A DNA stretch of 64,000 bases, taken from NCBI RefSeq assembly GCF_023055435.1, contig NW_025964383.1:26474001-26538000 (forward strand), given 5' to 3'. Under the pieces are notes generated by a model that saw only the letters and a program-made list of their open reading frames with translations, had not been told where the DNA came from and ran no database searches. Below are positions 21,101 through 32,519 of the stretch, in pieces. Both the position numbers and the translations under genes were made by a program. Positions within the stretch are counted from its first letter, which is position 1, and every line of letters begins with the position of its first letter. Origin of the DNA: Haliotis rufescens (lineage: Eukaryota).

Positions 21101-22118
21101 AGCAGTATATCCCTTCGTACGCGGGCACATGGTATTGTTGTGAGTGAAAGTTTAATTATCATCATGGTACCTACCAACGGATGTACTCTCCTGGACATCG
21201 ACAAATATCTCAGTTATTTTATCGGGCAAGGGTAAACACACATCTGTAAAAATAAACAAATGTTATTGATTAATAACACAATGTATAAGGCAAACATCTG
21301 GACTAAAAGAAGCGGTTCCTGAATATGGATGCAGTTTTAGCATGTTGTTTAGATAGTGTCGTGAACAATGGATCCATATTCCGGAACAAGGGCAAGGTGG
21401 CCTAGATAGTTTCATCATCACAATTCGCTATGCGGAGCTATGATTCTTATCAGCCTGTAGTGGGTTTGAATCCCGGTTCGCCTCGAATAAGTTTCTAGTT
21501 TTGTCAGCACCATACGTGGTCGTGGATTTCACCAAAAGTGGTAAACGTATGAGACCTGCCTCACTTCGGGATTTCCTCCAACATTAAGCTGACACGCCGT
21601 GATATAACTGAAATAATGTTAAAAGCGGCGTAAAAATCAACTTATTCACTCACCCGAATCACAGATTCGGGTTTATAATGACCCTTGTGGTCAGTCGTTA
21701 CTAAACCCGTCCCGACCCGTGAAAATTCCGGGGTAGAATAGGTCTTCAGCAACCCATGCTTGCCGTAAAAGGTGACTATGCTTGTCGTAAAAGGTGACAA
21801 ACGGCTCGCTGACTTGGTTGATGCATGTCATCAATCCCAATTGCGTGGATCGATGCTCATGATATTAATCACCGGATTGTCTGGTCCAGACAACAAACAA
21901 ACTAAACCCGTCCCACCAGAGTGATAGGCCTCATTAAACTGACGTGAAGTAACTGAAATATTCATTCACATTTCTCAAAAGTCTGTCGTACATTAGCACT
22001 ATTGAGTAGCTTCAATTTGGTTTATTCTATTCACCGTACCATATACATCCACAGCCGAGGTGACTGACAACGCCAACAGCATCCACAACATCATCCTGAG
22101 TGACACGTCCATCGCCAT
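7926..22118 (-). CDS. Cadherin-related protein (PCDH15/Cad99C/CDHR5-like), 14 coding exons, 3'-incomplete
   Basis: Exons 22118-22040, 21243-21175, 20389-20196, 18631-18542, 17241-17134, 16641-16540, 16327-16193, 15249-15162, 14432-14341, 13136-12963, 12416-12355, 10425-10341, 8808-8686, 7981-7926. All are AG/GT flanked with matching phases; 1457 nt open. Motifs DVNDHPPVF, DRDAD, LDYE, DMDDLPPAF, DQD, DVNDNNPVF. The Cys pair in EC1, the DxDD linker and ATQIDN in EC3 resemble the PCDH15/Cad99C group (family assignment is inference). Confidence 0.92.
8087..8411 (-). mobile_element. tRNA-derived SINE family D (resembles molluscan Meta/V-domain SINEs)
   Basis: ccaaagacgttaaaagatggtacttg...cagtgagctagcactata body; (CACCT)n tail. 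Confidence 0.82.
8500..8685. mobile_element. Penelope-type inverted pseudo-LTR palindrome
   Basis: Arms gaagagaatttatggatg.. / ..catccataaattctcttc; inner catcaggtgaat / attcacctgatg; homologous to 17281-18030 and 56650-56735. Confidence 0.65.
8543..8580 (-). ncRNA. Minimal type I hammerhead ribozyme motif (Penelope-type)
   Basis: CTGATGA-A-GGAGTA(agcata)TACTCC-GAAACGTT on the minus strand; 6-bp stem II; stem I weak. Confidence 0.6.
8686..8808 (-). CDS. Cadherin exon 13 (NTTATVTVYVSDVNDNNPVF...ITKVE)
   Basis: DVNDNNPVF; ttacag acceptor, gtaagt donor; 123 nt. Confidence 0.93.
8945..9770. repeat. ~39-bp minisatellite (about 20 units)
   Basis: Unit approx. gggagtcataaggaataggYttcatgcattgtaccNNaa. 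Confidence 0.9.
10341..10425 (-). CDS. Cadherin exon 12 (GVIKLRQALDYERETEYSIPVVATDGQF)
   Basis: LDYE and ATDG motifs; ttgcag acceptor, gtaagt donor; phase 2-0. Confidence 0.93.
10809..11810. mobile_element. Inverted-repeat element enclosing a 33-bp x27 minisatellite (10881-11771) of a hammerhead-like unit
   Basis: Arms atggatgaacaacctcttcattacaattaggagcgacgtt / aacgtcgctcctaattgtaataaagaagttgttcatccat; unit gtgcttgataacg(t/g)tgttagaacctacaccgaa. Confidence 0.85.
12071..12235. mobile_element. Tc1/mariner-pogo type MITE
   Basis: TA-CAGT...ACTG-TA ends, internal tataacgaac repeats; second copy at 55394. Confidence 0.75.
12355..12416 (-). CDS. Cadherin exon 11 (GSRLRYLFAKEEDVFTINVDS)
   Basis: ccttcag acceptor, gtgagg donor; phase 0-2. 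Confidence 0.88.
12452..12888. repeat. (GAGT)n/(GAGTGGAC)n microsatellite with N gap 12490-12619
   Basis: Read directly from the sequence. Confidence 0.95.
12963..13136 (-). CDS. Cadherin exon 10 (ATQIDN...SAINSKPPTFQQPAYTASVPE...ATDTDF)
   Basis: 174 nt, phase 0-0; ttttcag acceptor, gtacgt donor. Confidence 0.92.
13314..13477 (-). mobile_element. SINE family A
   Basis: Full length, TSD tcgttgacaga. Confidence 0.88.
13706..13976 (-). mobile_element. SINE family C
   Basis: Near full length. Confidence 0.85.
14125..14292 (-). mobile_element. SINE family A (diverged)
   Basis: Similarity to family A; flanked by repeated accgactgag. Confidence 0.75.
14341..14432 (-). CDS. Cadherin exon 9 (ATNDYFQIDPDTAVVSVNNPPPAQEFSIMIE)
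   Basis: FxIDxxT; tttcag acceptor, gtgggt donor; phase 1-0. Confidence 0.9.
14672..15150. repeat. (TAG)n-rich microsatellite
   Basis: Read directly; starts about 10 nt after the exon 8 donor. Confidence 0.95.
15162..15249 (-). CDS. Cadherin exon 8 (GRVVNVTKAISARDQDVTINAPLRYSIKK)
   Basis: AxDxD; ttcaag acceptor, gtgaga donor; phase 0-1. Confidence 0.9.
15297..15457 (-). mobile_element. SINE family A-related (old)
   Basis: Degenerate match to family A head and tail. Confidence 0.55.
15560..15797 (+). mobile_element. SINE-like family B (diverged)
   Basis: Similarity to family B. Confidence 0.7.
16193..16327 (-). CDS. Cadherin exon 7 (DQPTGG...VVDMDDLPPAFDEPSYTGIVPELSPK)
   Basis: DxDD-PP-F linker and PE motif; 135 nt, phase 0-0. 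Confidence 0.92.
16540..16641 (-). CDS. Cadherin exon 6 (SYFEIKNP...LDYETNPNMTIQVTAM)
   Basis: LDYE motif; tttgcag acceptor, gtgagt donor; 102 nt. Confidence 0.93.
17134..17241 (-). CDS. Cadherin exon 5 (ITPNGSVIPTPVAATDRDADKNSNGRIYYSIPEMYS)
   Basis: AxDxD motif; tgcag acceptor, gtcagt donor; 108 nt. Confidence 0.9.
17281..18030. repeat. 56-bp x about 12 minisatellite inside a Penelope-type palindrome
   Basis: Unit ggaagataatttatNNNtatcaacttctttatYatgaggaacacaacgttgtgttt; closing inverted arm ataataaagaagctgacctccataaattctcttcc. Confidence 0.9.
18542..18631 (-). CDS. Cadherin exon 4 (VAITVHMLIKDVNDHPPVFDEDNYYINVSE)
   Basis: Canonical DxNDxxPxF; ttccag acceptor, gtatgt donor; 90 nt. Confidence 0.93.
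18696..18968 (-). mobile_element. SINE family C
   Basis: Near full length. Confidence 0.82.
19101..19341 (+). mobile_element. SINE-like family B
   Basis: Near full length. Confidence 0.82.
19563..19729 (-). mobile_element. SINE family A
   Basis: TSD taatcggttaag. Confidence 0.88.
19879..20153 (+). mobile_element. SINE family C
   Basis: gggcacgggtggcccagtcgtctaaggcg head; flanking repeat tcacccaaca. Confidence 0.85.
20196..20389 (-). CDS. Cadherin exon 3 (EC1: SVVKKM...KKLDADR...SCQLATSPVPT)
   Basis: ttttttcag acceptor, gtaaga donor, phase 1-0. Confidence 0.88.
20696..21040 (-). mobile_element. SINE family D
   Basis: Full length. Confidence 0.85.
21175..21243 (-). CDS. Cadherin exon 2 (DVCLPLPDKITEIFVDVQESTSVG)
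   Basis: tttttacag acceptor, gtaggt donor, 69 nt, phase 1-1, xE motif. Confidence 0.85.
21390..21654 (+). mobile_element. SINE family C (diverged, shorter head)
   Basis: Body and tail match family C. Confidence 0.7.
21714..21903 (+). mobile_element. SINE-like family B (deleted)
   Basis: TSD actaaacccgtccc. Confidence 0.8.
22040..22118 (-). CDS. Cadherin coding exon 1 (signal peptide MAMDVSLRMMLWMLLALSVTSAVDVY)
   Basis: Acceptor tcttccag lies 3 nt before the ATG, implying an upstream non-coding exon; hydrophobic signal peptide; donor G|gtacgg, phase 1. Confidence 0.8.
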
Positions 22119-22279
22119 CCCCTGGAAGACAAGAATATACATTAAAGGTGGATTCGTATCCGACAATTAGACAGGAGCAGCCTGATTGACATTGGTCATC
22201 CAGGCAGGATTGCGATAATTAGTTTCCAGCTCTCATGAACTAATTACCATAAACTCACGTATCATAAACTTCCAGTCGA

Positions 22280-23760
22280 TACCAGACTGGTGTTGATAAT
22301 ATTACCGTTCTAAAAGAAAGTCTCTTTTTGTCGTAATATTGTTTCAAATAATACATCAAACAATGCCACATATTTTAACTGAGGAAGAAGCCGGCAAAAA
22401 GCAGGCATGAGTACTGTCAACTTTTGATTTGTCTCTAAAACCTGAAGACTTTTGAAGACATGCCCAGTCCTCTTTTGTACTGGAAGCTCCCCAAGAATAC
22501 GTACAAAGAGAGATGCATTGCTTGGTCCTACAAAAGTACCACCAGAACCCAGCCTCAAAGATTACCCATAATTGTTACTATTTTTAAGGTAGGACTTTCT
22601 TTATATTCACAGAAAGTACTAGAACCCTGTTCAGTTGTGTAAAAACAGTTGATTTATAAAAAAAACTTTGTACACCACTGTCCCACACGACAAACTTAAG
22701 GAAAAACGTCATTCCTTGTGATCCATGGTGTGTTTGTTTTTAAACGAGGTGACCATAGATATATTTATGTATCTATCTTCAGAGGTTGAGGGCAATTTGT
22801 AAAAACAAAACGCAAATGTCATTTGAAATTTGCTAAGAAAACAAATGATTGACTAATTTAAAATATTTATGTGAAATTTGGGGATACGACCTTTAGGCAA
22901 GACGTAGGCATCCCCATTTGCACCAATTGTGCTCCCCTTCTTGAGGATCTTTGTTTCTTTATGCATTCGAATCCTGGTTTCTGCTCGGATGGGCAAAATA
23001 AAAAACAAAGCAATCGGATACCGTTCAATAACGGTCAAATAGCCAGTTCCCTTCCACAGATTTACCCACCCGAGCTAGAAATAAATCAGAGAAATGAGAC
23101 CGCCTCGTCTGTTTCATATTTAGGTCTTTACATAACGATTCAGAAAGACAAAATCCCTCTCTACTAGATGTATGACAAGATGGATAACTTCAACTTTCCA
23201 ATAGTCAACTACCCCTATATATTGAGCAATATTCCAGCAGTTCCAGCCTTTGGTGTCTACATTTCACAACTTTAACGTACAATGCCTAAGTGAGTGAGTG
23301 AGTGAGTGAAGGAGTTTGGTTTTACGCCGCTTTTAGCAATATTCCAGCAAAATCACGGCGGGGGATACCACAAATGGGCTTCACACATTGTACCAATGTC
23401 GGGAATCGAACCCTGGTCTTCGGCGTGACGAGCAAACGCTTTAACCACTAGGCTACCCGACCGTCCCAAGGCCTAAGTAAAACTTTCAAAAAGTGTTATA
23501 GTCGACATGTAGAGGATATTTCCAAATCTGACGCATCAGTGACAAAAGTGATGTCTGATACAATTCCCTATTTCGTCGTGTACCACATGTTCCCGTGTTT
23601 GTTCAGGTGAAAACTTGACATGCCTTTGCATGTGTTTTTGACGTGTGCCACCGGTGGGACACAAAACGCCCCCTTTTCGCGAACACCTGGTATCATCTTA
23701 ATTTGATAGTGATTCATAAACACATGCTTAGGATATAGTCGGAATCGTACAACGGACACT
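22280..23760 (+). mobile_element. Decayed Penelope-like (Naiad-type) reverse transcriptase element
   Basis: Frameshifted motifs YWK..K..YKERCIA, LYTTVPHDKLK, QDVGIPICTNCAPLL, IYPPELEI, YDKMDNFNFPIVNYPY..SNIPAVPAFGVYISQL; interrupted by a SINE at 23288-23467. Confidence 0.8.
23288..23467 (-). mobile_element. SINE family A nested in the RT remnant
   Basis: TSD gcctaagt. Confidence 0.85.
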
Positions 23761-23796
23761 AATATATGGACTCTAGATATATCATGATTATTGTAA

Positions 23797-23958
23797 GGGG
23801 CGGTCGGATAGCCTAGTGGTTAAAGTGTTCGCGCGTCACGCCGAAGACCCGGGTTCGATTCCCGACATGGGTACAATGCGTTAAGCCCATTTCTGGTGTC
23901 CCCCGCCGTGATATTGGTGGAATATTGCTTAAAGCGGCGTAAAATCATACTCACTTAC
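23797..23958 (+). mobile_element. SINE family A
   Basis: TSD atgattattgt. Confidence 0.88.
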
Positions 23959-25160
23959 TATGATTATTGTCATGGTTTTCGTCGCTGTAATTTCCAACAT
24001 CCTGGTGTGTTGGATGCCCATTCACATCCTCGTTATTCAAACAGTTTACGCGTGAAACATATTAATTATAATTAATGAAAGTCATAAAAGGAGATGTCAA
24101 AGAAAACGTAACGTTCTCGCTGTGATCGCAACTCCTTCGAAGACAAGTGTATTATTCAAGTTTTTACAACTACAAAACATTTCCGACAAACAAAGTCGAT
24201 CCATGCATACATTCATGTTGTAAACATCGACAACAACTGGAATTTTTCACGAAAATATTCCTTGTACATACAGAACGCACCTGTCAAAATGAAAACGTTT
24301 GTGTACTCGGGGCATAATTTGTATCAGTTTTTAAATAAAACATAACTACCCCACCTAGATTGGACACGTGCACAAGACAGCGAGTTTCCAAGTTAACACT
24401 CCTTCTGAAAGCTACCCTTGTGGCTAGTTCAGTACAAGTACATAGCCACTTTCAATAAAAGCGTTAAGTTCATCAGCAATATATCTCACCGAATTAATTT
24501 ACAATTGTTCTCAATAACATACAGTTTCCTTCGTGTGATAAACACACAGAAAAGCCTTTTATGACAAGATATTCAAAATGATGTCATTGTATACTACCGT
24601 CTATAAATATTCCGTGAATTGATACAGCCTTTAGAGGCACTGTCACAACAAGCGTTGTAAAATTCGGAATATTTACACTTAACAAACATCCAAATGAGAA
24701 TGACTGAGAGGTAAAATGGGTTGGGTGTTTCTTGGCGCAGACACTTCCACCCTGAAGTAGGATACTAGTTCACTATTAAGCCGTGTCGACACATTTTCCA
24801 AAGACATCCTTATGTCCGATGTGTATTTGACTAGTGGTCCTATTTGTCCCGTTGATGGCCCATCGTCTACTGGGCGGGCGTCCAACAAACAGTTTACCAA
24901 AGGGCTAAACCGCGCAACCGTCTGCTTGAGGAGAATTCAGGAGCTTCTGAACAGCTTTGAGAAGATTTAAGTTCGCTCGTCTGTTTCCTTGTTGATTATT
25001 AAAGATGTTTTTTCGCTTATTCGTTGTGTCAACTGTCTTTTCGCATGGTTTAATGTTCAGTATGATGACCATGTAAAGTTTAACTGAAAAAAGGAGAAAT
25101 TTATCCCTTCCAATTAAATTTTTCTCAGATGGTTGTATCGCTGCATATTTCTGAATATAG

Positions 25161-25306
25161 GACCGCTTCCGTGGCCTAGTGGATGGCGCGTCTATCCGGA
25201 GAGCGGAAGGTTGGTAGTTCGATTCCCGGCCGCGTAATACCAAAAGACGTTAAAAGACGGTACTTGTTCTTACCCTGCCTACGCTCGAGATTAAGGGGAT
25301 AAATGT

Positions 25307-25392
<86 letters not shown>
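25161..25392 (+). mobile_element. SINE family D 5' half followed by (CA)n
   Basis: Head matches family D; (CA) of about 40 units at 25309-25392. Confidence 0.8.
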
Positions 25393-25394
<2 letters not shown>

Positions 25395-25814
25395 ATCACT
25401 TAGATATCAAATATGACACAGATCTCGTCATGTGTATGCAAACGTAAGTACAACAAGTATTTCTGTGAAAACAATGAACGTCCCATTGACTTCAGGTATC
25501 CGTTTCATGTTGCAGCAATTCATTGGCAATTCCAAACTCCACCCCACCAACGTATGTGTCAGCAGAACATTTTTCCACACAGACCCTTGATAATGCTGAG
25601 AATTCAACAATTATTTTCAAATCTCATTCCCAAAATGCGTAATATTCATTATTAAGAAAATATTATCAGCACATATAAACAGATCGTTTGTAAGGTTTCA
25701 TATAAACCTTCTATTGGATATCTAACACACGGAAACATTGTTATCATATTAATTAAAGAGGTTGAAAGTTTTACTTATTTTTGGATAAATTCCAAAATGT
25801 CTTAAATTCATTGA

Positions 25815-26216
25815 TTTTGTTGGTTTGTTTGTTGTTTAACGCCACACTGAGCAATATTCCAGCTATATAACGGCGGTCTGTAAATAATCAAGTCTGGACC
25901 AGACAATCCAGGGATTGATATCATGAGCATCGATCCACGCAATTGGGATCGATGACATGCATCAACCAAGTCAGCGAGCCTGATCAACCGATCCCGTTAG
26001 TCGCCTTTTACGACAAGCATAGTCGCCTTTTACGTCAAGCATGGGCTACTGAAGACCTGTTCTACCCCGGATCTTCACGGGCCTTATGAAACGATGAGAT
26101 TATCTTTTCAGCGACATGTAGCATATGCCAATAAGTACAGATAAATGACGAGGAACATCTTATATTTTCTGTCATTAGACACGTGAACCTATTCTACCCC
26201 GGATCTTCACGGGTCC
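25815..26216 (-). mobile_element. Composite family B element (B head + ~95-nt segment + full B)
   Basis: TSD taaattcattga at 25803-25814 and 26217-26228. Confidence 0.8.
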
Positions 26217-27155
26217 TAAATTCATTGAGAATTGATTGCAACCACTTTAGCACCTTATGGTTTGACGTATCATGTAAGTTCTAACATTAAGACCCGAATA
26301 ATACACACATATCTAAATGTATATCTAAATAATAAATGCCCATGGGTGGTCATTACTTCTTAAATACTTGTACTTACACCCATAAAGGCCACAGAAAAAC
26401 GCCATTATTAAGAACATCAGTTGATCATAAGATACTATATAAGTGAAGCACACAGACACCGAGGACACTTTAACTTGAGGCATTGAATTTGAGACCACTC
26501 TAAATACTCAATCAACGATATCAAGAAGACTTTTGAAATACCCATGTGGGCGTCAAAACAATTTCTGTTACACGTCCTTCACACATCTCATGTCAAATTC
26601 CACTCTCCACTTGACCAACACTTAGACTGACCACACACAATGGGGAGGACGGTCCGAGATGGTACATTAGAGCCTGGTGTGAATAACGCCGTGACATCTA
26701 TAATATTCTGGTCGAACCATAAAGGTAACGTGACACCTTGAAGCGTGACGAAGTGGAATGTGTCGCCAGATAGAATACGTTATCTGGATATGTTAAGCTG
26801 GCAACAGTTGACAGCCGAGTGTGTCGTGTGACGGACTGGAACATGTGTCTTTACTCCTAGTATCAGATGAACGCGCGAAACAGGGTTCCAACTTGACATG
26901 ATGAGTTTACCTCGCCATACCTGAATAATTTTAAATAACGTCAACTGCAGATCTACAATTAATTCAGGATGTTGCCCTGAAACGTTGCGTATGTATAATA
27001 ATTTTTTTATTCATGATGCTCCTTGTCAGCACGATGGCATAGTGCATACACAGGTTCGTGTCTATTTCTGTGTTCTACTAAATATTCAGATAAATATCAA
27101 TGCTTTTGTTGATTGTAATTACTCTAGCCTGGGCCAGATAATCTAATGGGGGGAG

Positions 27156-27436
27156 GTCACGGGTGGCCCAGTCGTCTAAGGCGCCGTGATTCGCTGTGTG
27201 CAGAGTTGCGTCCCTTGTGCACGCTAGAAACCATTGATTGTGGGTTCGAATCCATGTTCGCCCAAATTTTGTTTCTAGGTTTGTCAACACCATACAAGTG
27301 CTCGTGGGTTTCACCGAAGTGGTAAACATCTGAGACCTGCATCACTTCAGGCTTTCCTCCCACATTAAGCTGACACGCCGCGATATTACTGGAATACTGT
27401 TAAAAGCGGCGTTAAACCCAACTCACTAACTCACTC
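27156..27436 (+). mobile_element. SINE family C (abutted by a reverse family B head at 27438-27507)
   Basis: Full length. Confidence 0.85.
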
Positions 27437-27891
27437 AATCCCGTTGGTCGCCTCTTACGACAAGCATGGGTTGCTGAAGACCTTTTCTGATCCGGATCAT
27501 CATGGGTGTTGCTAGCACTTATGTTGACTGATGTGTTATATTACATGACACATTTGCCTGACATAATTGTACTGACATGTAACATAATCATAACAGAAGA
27601 CAAGACAACGAATGTCATTCAAACTCTGGAGAACGGACCAGATCGGTACACACTCGATCTCCTGACAACACTACAATCAAATTGACGCCTGTCCAGGTAA
27701 CATAGGAGTCTGCCAAGCAGACAGGCGTTAAAACGTATTGACTGAAGCAACACGGAACAGGAAGGCTGCTCTTAACACTAATATCTGACCCGCTCAGCTG
27801 ACTCCAAGCTGATCGGTTGATCGTACCACAATCTTGATTGACGTTCGGATAAAATACACGAATGCATGACCTTATTGTCCGGAAACTTAAG

Positions 27892-28054
27892 AGTGAGTGA
27901 GTATGGTTTTACGCCGCTTTTAGCAATATTCCAGCAATATTAAGGCGGGGGACACCAGAAATGGGCTTCACACAATGTACCCATGTCGGGAATCGAACCC
28001 CGGTCTTCGGCGTGACGAGCGAACGCTTTAACCACTAGGCTATCCGACCGCCCC
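27892..28054 (-). mobile_element. SINE family A
   Basis: TSD ccggaaactt. Confidence 0.88.
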
Positions 28055-28261
28055 GGAAACTTTAGAGTTTACAAGTGCGATTATTGCTGAGAACACATAG
28101 AGCTATCTTTGGTATATCTGAATTAAATGATTTGACATGCATCTTTATACGATGTTTATTTCAAGCTATTTGTTTTACTTAGATCAAAATCTTCCGTTCC
28201 ACAGTCCAATGTTGCATCACATGATTAATCACGTGTGAATTATGTTTGAACATCATGGCTT

Positions 28262-28420
28262 TTGTGTTTTTTGTTTGTTGTTTGCCGCATTCAGAAATAA
28301 TCCAGCTATATGACGGAGGTGTGTAAATAATCGAGTCTGGACCAGACAATCCAGTAATTGACATCATGAGCATCGACCTACGCAAATGGGATACGATGGC
28401 ATGCATCAACCAAGTCAGGG
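28262..28420 (-). mobile_element. Family B 3' fragment
   Basis: Sequence similarity to family B. Confidence 0.75.
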
Positions 28421-29773
28421 AGCGGACGAAAAAAAAACAGGCGAGCGAGCCTGCACGTTTGCTGTTTCATTCCTTCTGGGCCTTCGGTCTCAAAGGGTAG
28501 TTTGGACAAGGGATAAGCATGGATTTCGCTAAATGTCCTGTGCATGACGATACACGCGAGCAGAAAGGGAATTCCCTCGACTGAAATACTGAGATTTCCT
28601 GACATTCCGTAGTAATATAAGAAGTCCGCTTCGGTGGGCGTAGCTTAGTTTTTTACATTCATTGCGAAATGAGTGCAATAACACGTGACCAATTGAGCTA
28701 AGCAGAAAGCAGGAATTACAATGAACACAACGAAAATGTAATTGCATATCAAACAATTCAAAATTTCACGAGTGTCTTTTTGAGAGTATCGTCTGGAGTA
28801 TATTTTGGAAACTGTTCAATGGTCGCGTTCAGTATTGAAGTGAGCACGTAACGACAACCGCTCTCACTCTATCCAAATACAGTCAAGCCCACCATTAATC
28901 CTTTAAGTAATCAAATCTACATGGATGTCCCTGAGGTTAACCTATCACACTCGCTGGTATAAAGGGGATACGATGCCCTTGTAGCTCTGGTCGTCCCTTG
29001 TTGGTAGTGAAAATATACCAATGTCACAATGTTTAAATGAGGACATCTCTTCTTAAAGCCTTAAAGCCATGCGGATTGAAAGTAGTTTTTAACCATTTGG
29101 AAAACATTTAAATACCATTGCCAAATGGCTTGTAAGGCGTTGACATTGGACAGTGTTGTGTCACGTATACACCAATATGTTGAGGAATCATGTTCATGTG
29201 TTTTGATGTCTTTGGTCTGGGCAAAAACAAAGGGAAACATATAAATAGCGTATTTAACATGTCCAAAGGTGATGCTGTTATCCATTTGTAAAGCTTTCGT
29301 TTTATCCATTTGTAAAGCTTTCGTTTTTAAAAATAATATTGATGGTGTTGTTATGTAAACTTTTATCAACTTTATACTTCAATAAAGATTAAGGTTTCGT
29401 TAGAACCTAATGGTAAACGTGTGAAATATTGTTTATCAATACTTACGGGTGAATTTAGATAATTTATATTGAGTTGTAATGTTGACAAATGTTACTCTTA
29501 TTGTGTCCAAAAAGCTTACAACAACTTCTTAGGAATGGTTATATTTTTGTATTTGAAAGCATGTTTGAAATAAAAGCAGTGATATACCATGTCAACAAAG
29601 TGGAACACTATTATTATTCTGATGAAAAGGCTTTCTTGTTAAGCTAGCGAGGTTGGGTAAACGCTGATGAATTTGTCTATTTTGGAACCTTGAAACATAA
29701 ATAAGGTGAATCGGTTATAGGTTTCTGACACGCCCAAGGGACGCAACTCTGCACCAGTACCCCCATTCTGATT

Positions 29774-30052
29774 AGTGAGTGAGTGGGTTTTTACGCCGCT
29801 TTAACAGTATTCCAGTTATATCACAGCGTGTCAGCTTAATGTGGGAGGAAAGCCCGAAGTGATGCAGGTCTCAGGTCTCAGCTGTTTACCACTTGGGTGA
29901 AACCTACGAGCACGGGTATAGTGCTGACATACCTAAAAACATAATATGGGTGAACCGGGATTCGAACCAACCATCATAGGTTTCTGGTGTGTCCAAGGGA
30001 CGCAACTCTGCACAGCGAATTGCGGCGCCTCAAACGACTGGGTCACTCGTGC
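29774..30052 (-). mobile_element. SINE family C (partial duplicate at 29710-29755)
   Basis: Full length. Confidence 0.83.
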
Positions 30053-30241
30053 CATGCATGCCCCCATCCCGTCTGCATAAAGCGATCGTATAAATGGACC
30101 ATGGTATGAAAGTAATAGGATACTTTTATTTTAAGACATTTAATATCATTTATGTCATATACACAACAATGCTCTGTTTTGTTATATTCAGTGTTTCGCT
30201 ATATCCACCTTCGTTACATCAGTATGCCGAGGGCGTTGTTA

Positions 30242-30435
30242 GTTTGTTTGTTGTTTAACTCCGCACTCAACAATATTCCAGCTATAAGACGGCGAGATTG
30301 ACATCATGAGCATCGATCTACGCAATCGGAGATACGATGACATGCATCAACCAATCACCCTAACCACCTGATCCCGTTAGGCGCCTCTTATGACATGGGT
30401 TGCTGAAGACAAACTCTAACCCGGATCTTCACGGC
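30242..30435 (-). mobile_element. Family B (internal deletion)
   Basis: Sequence similarity to family B. Confidence 0.75.
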
Positions 30436-32519
30436 TCCTATATGTTTGGGCATATAGAAGCGCACCCAAGTGCCTTGCGTATGACCTCGCATACACGAAT
30501 ACAGAATCTGCAATCTGAATCAGTACAGTCATGTTTCACGGATGATGCATGTACCTAATGTGTGTTATCCCTTTTGATTATGTTGATTGAGGAATTTTAG
30601 TTTCACAGCCTCTCTACGTTATTTTCAAGGTGGAAGTTTTAGGCCTTTAAAAAACCCATTACACTATAAAAGGTAAGAATGTCCCCAATATCCTACCCTA
30701 ATACTAAAACATCAAAGCGATAAAGGTTATGGATATGATGGGAGTACATACATATGCAACACATTGGCTCCTAAAGACACTGTGGTGGTCGTTATAGTGT
30801 TGAGAGAATATTGATGACACTTGCTACATTGTCAAGACGGTTAGCAATAACCCATCTAGCTTTTAAGATTGACTAAAGGTTATTCGAACAAAGTGCATTA
30901 CCAACAGTCAATATATATGTTAATGTCATATGCATGTAAATATACATTGTATAATGGTCAATCATGTATGGCACTTTATAACACTCAACAGGAATACCCA
31001 TCAGGGCTTCACTTTATCCGTTCACATAATGGATGTGCGTTCACATTACCCCTTTGGCTGTCATCCCATATCAAAATCTTATTTTCAAGTTAGGTTTAAG
31101 ATTGACTGAGTCGAGAGACATTCTCATTCTCAGTAGTCATGCCTGAATGCGTACAGGGGCTCTGGTGTGAGTACTTAAGAAATATAAGTCTCGTGGTTGT
31201 TTTTTTATCGTAGAATAAAACACTACAGGGAGAATAAATCAAACAAACGGTCGTATGTCCCTCTCGCAGTCGAAAGCAAAACAGATCAGCACCTGATGCA
31301 ATTCCAAGTATGTATGTGTTTGTCCATGTCTGATGTAAACGTAATGTTAGTACGTCGTAAGAAGGTCAACGAGTGTAGAATTGCGTCCCTTTGTTTGTCC
31401 AGGATCCACTGTTTGTAGATTCGAATCCAACGTTTCAACTGATAAGGATAATAATCGTCTACTTCATTTTAGGATAAACTCCCACATCAAGCTTAAAAGA
31501 CGCGAACTACTCATTATGAGCAAGGCAGTACTAAAATAGCTCACTCACTATAACTGTTGGCTTCAAATGACTGTAGGTATGTTTATCCCAAAATAAAATT
31601 CAGAAAAACAACCTACGTGCTCCTTAACATGAATGATGACCCAGAGCTTACGCATCACTCATCATTCCAGTAAAATACAACTGGATGAGTCACACGTTGA
31701 AACTACTTTGAATATTCTTTAACATTCTTTAACATTCGTACAATGTTAACACTGATGATTCATACGTCGGGAACGCTCTCCTGTGTGAGCTTCATTGACC
31801 TACAGTCAAATGACACATTGCATCCTGTTTCATGATTCTCAACCAAACGGTTATAAAATCATCTCCATCTTCTCCAGGCATCCAAAGACATCTACCCCGA
31901 AAATGATCGTGGGACTGTAAAGTCGCAGGTCAGAACAAGTCAGATGAAAGAACCTTCTCAAGCGATCACTTTCATGTGCTAGTCAGCCTCCTCAGAAAAG
32001 CTAAAATGTGGAGTGAAGTGAAACGATGTGTGGGCCGTTTCAATCTGATTCACATCATTAAGACCGAGAGGTGATCGGTTATATACAACAGGCTCACTGG
32101 AGTGGCGACACGAGTTTCCTACGCATCACTTGAGCGATATTTGTAAAAAAACATGGATGGTGTAGGTTATAACATCCTTTTGTGGTTTGACTCGAGTAAT
32201 TATCCACGCACCTGATCACCTTATTCATTTTCGGAAATCTCAACAGATGAGTGAGTTCTTTCATACATCTTGCAAATATGTCTATGTGAATGAATCATTT
32301 TAGAGTTTAAGTGCTTCTACAGTAACATCTGATAATGCACGGTTCTTGGTTTTGAGCATGATAGAAAAGTGATGAGATGTGCATTCCCGAAGGATGTGGC
32401 TATGCAACAAACAAATGCAGTGATGAAACATTTTTTATTTAGTTTAAGTGAGTATTTCCCAATGGAGATGGTGGATGAACCAGTGAGATTTATGCCGCTA
32501 TTCCAGCATAATTCCACAT

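Noticed and set aside
24679-25000. Minus-strand ORF fragments upstream of the cadherin
   Set aside because: No motif or splice support.
26985-27000. gaaacgttg hammerhead-like remnant near 26965-26990
   Set aside because: No adjacent CTGANGA core; too degenerate.
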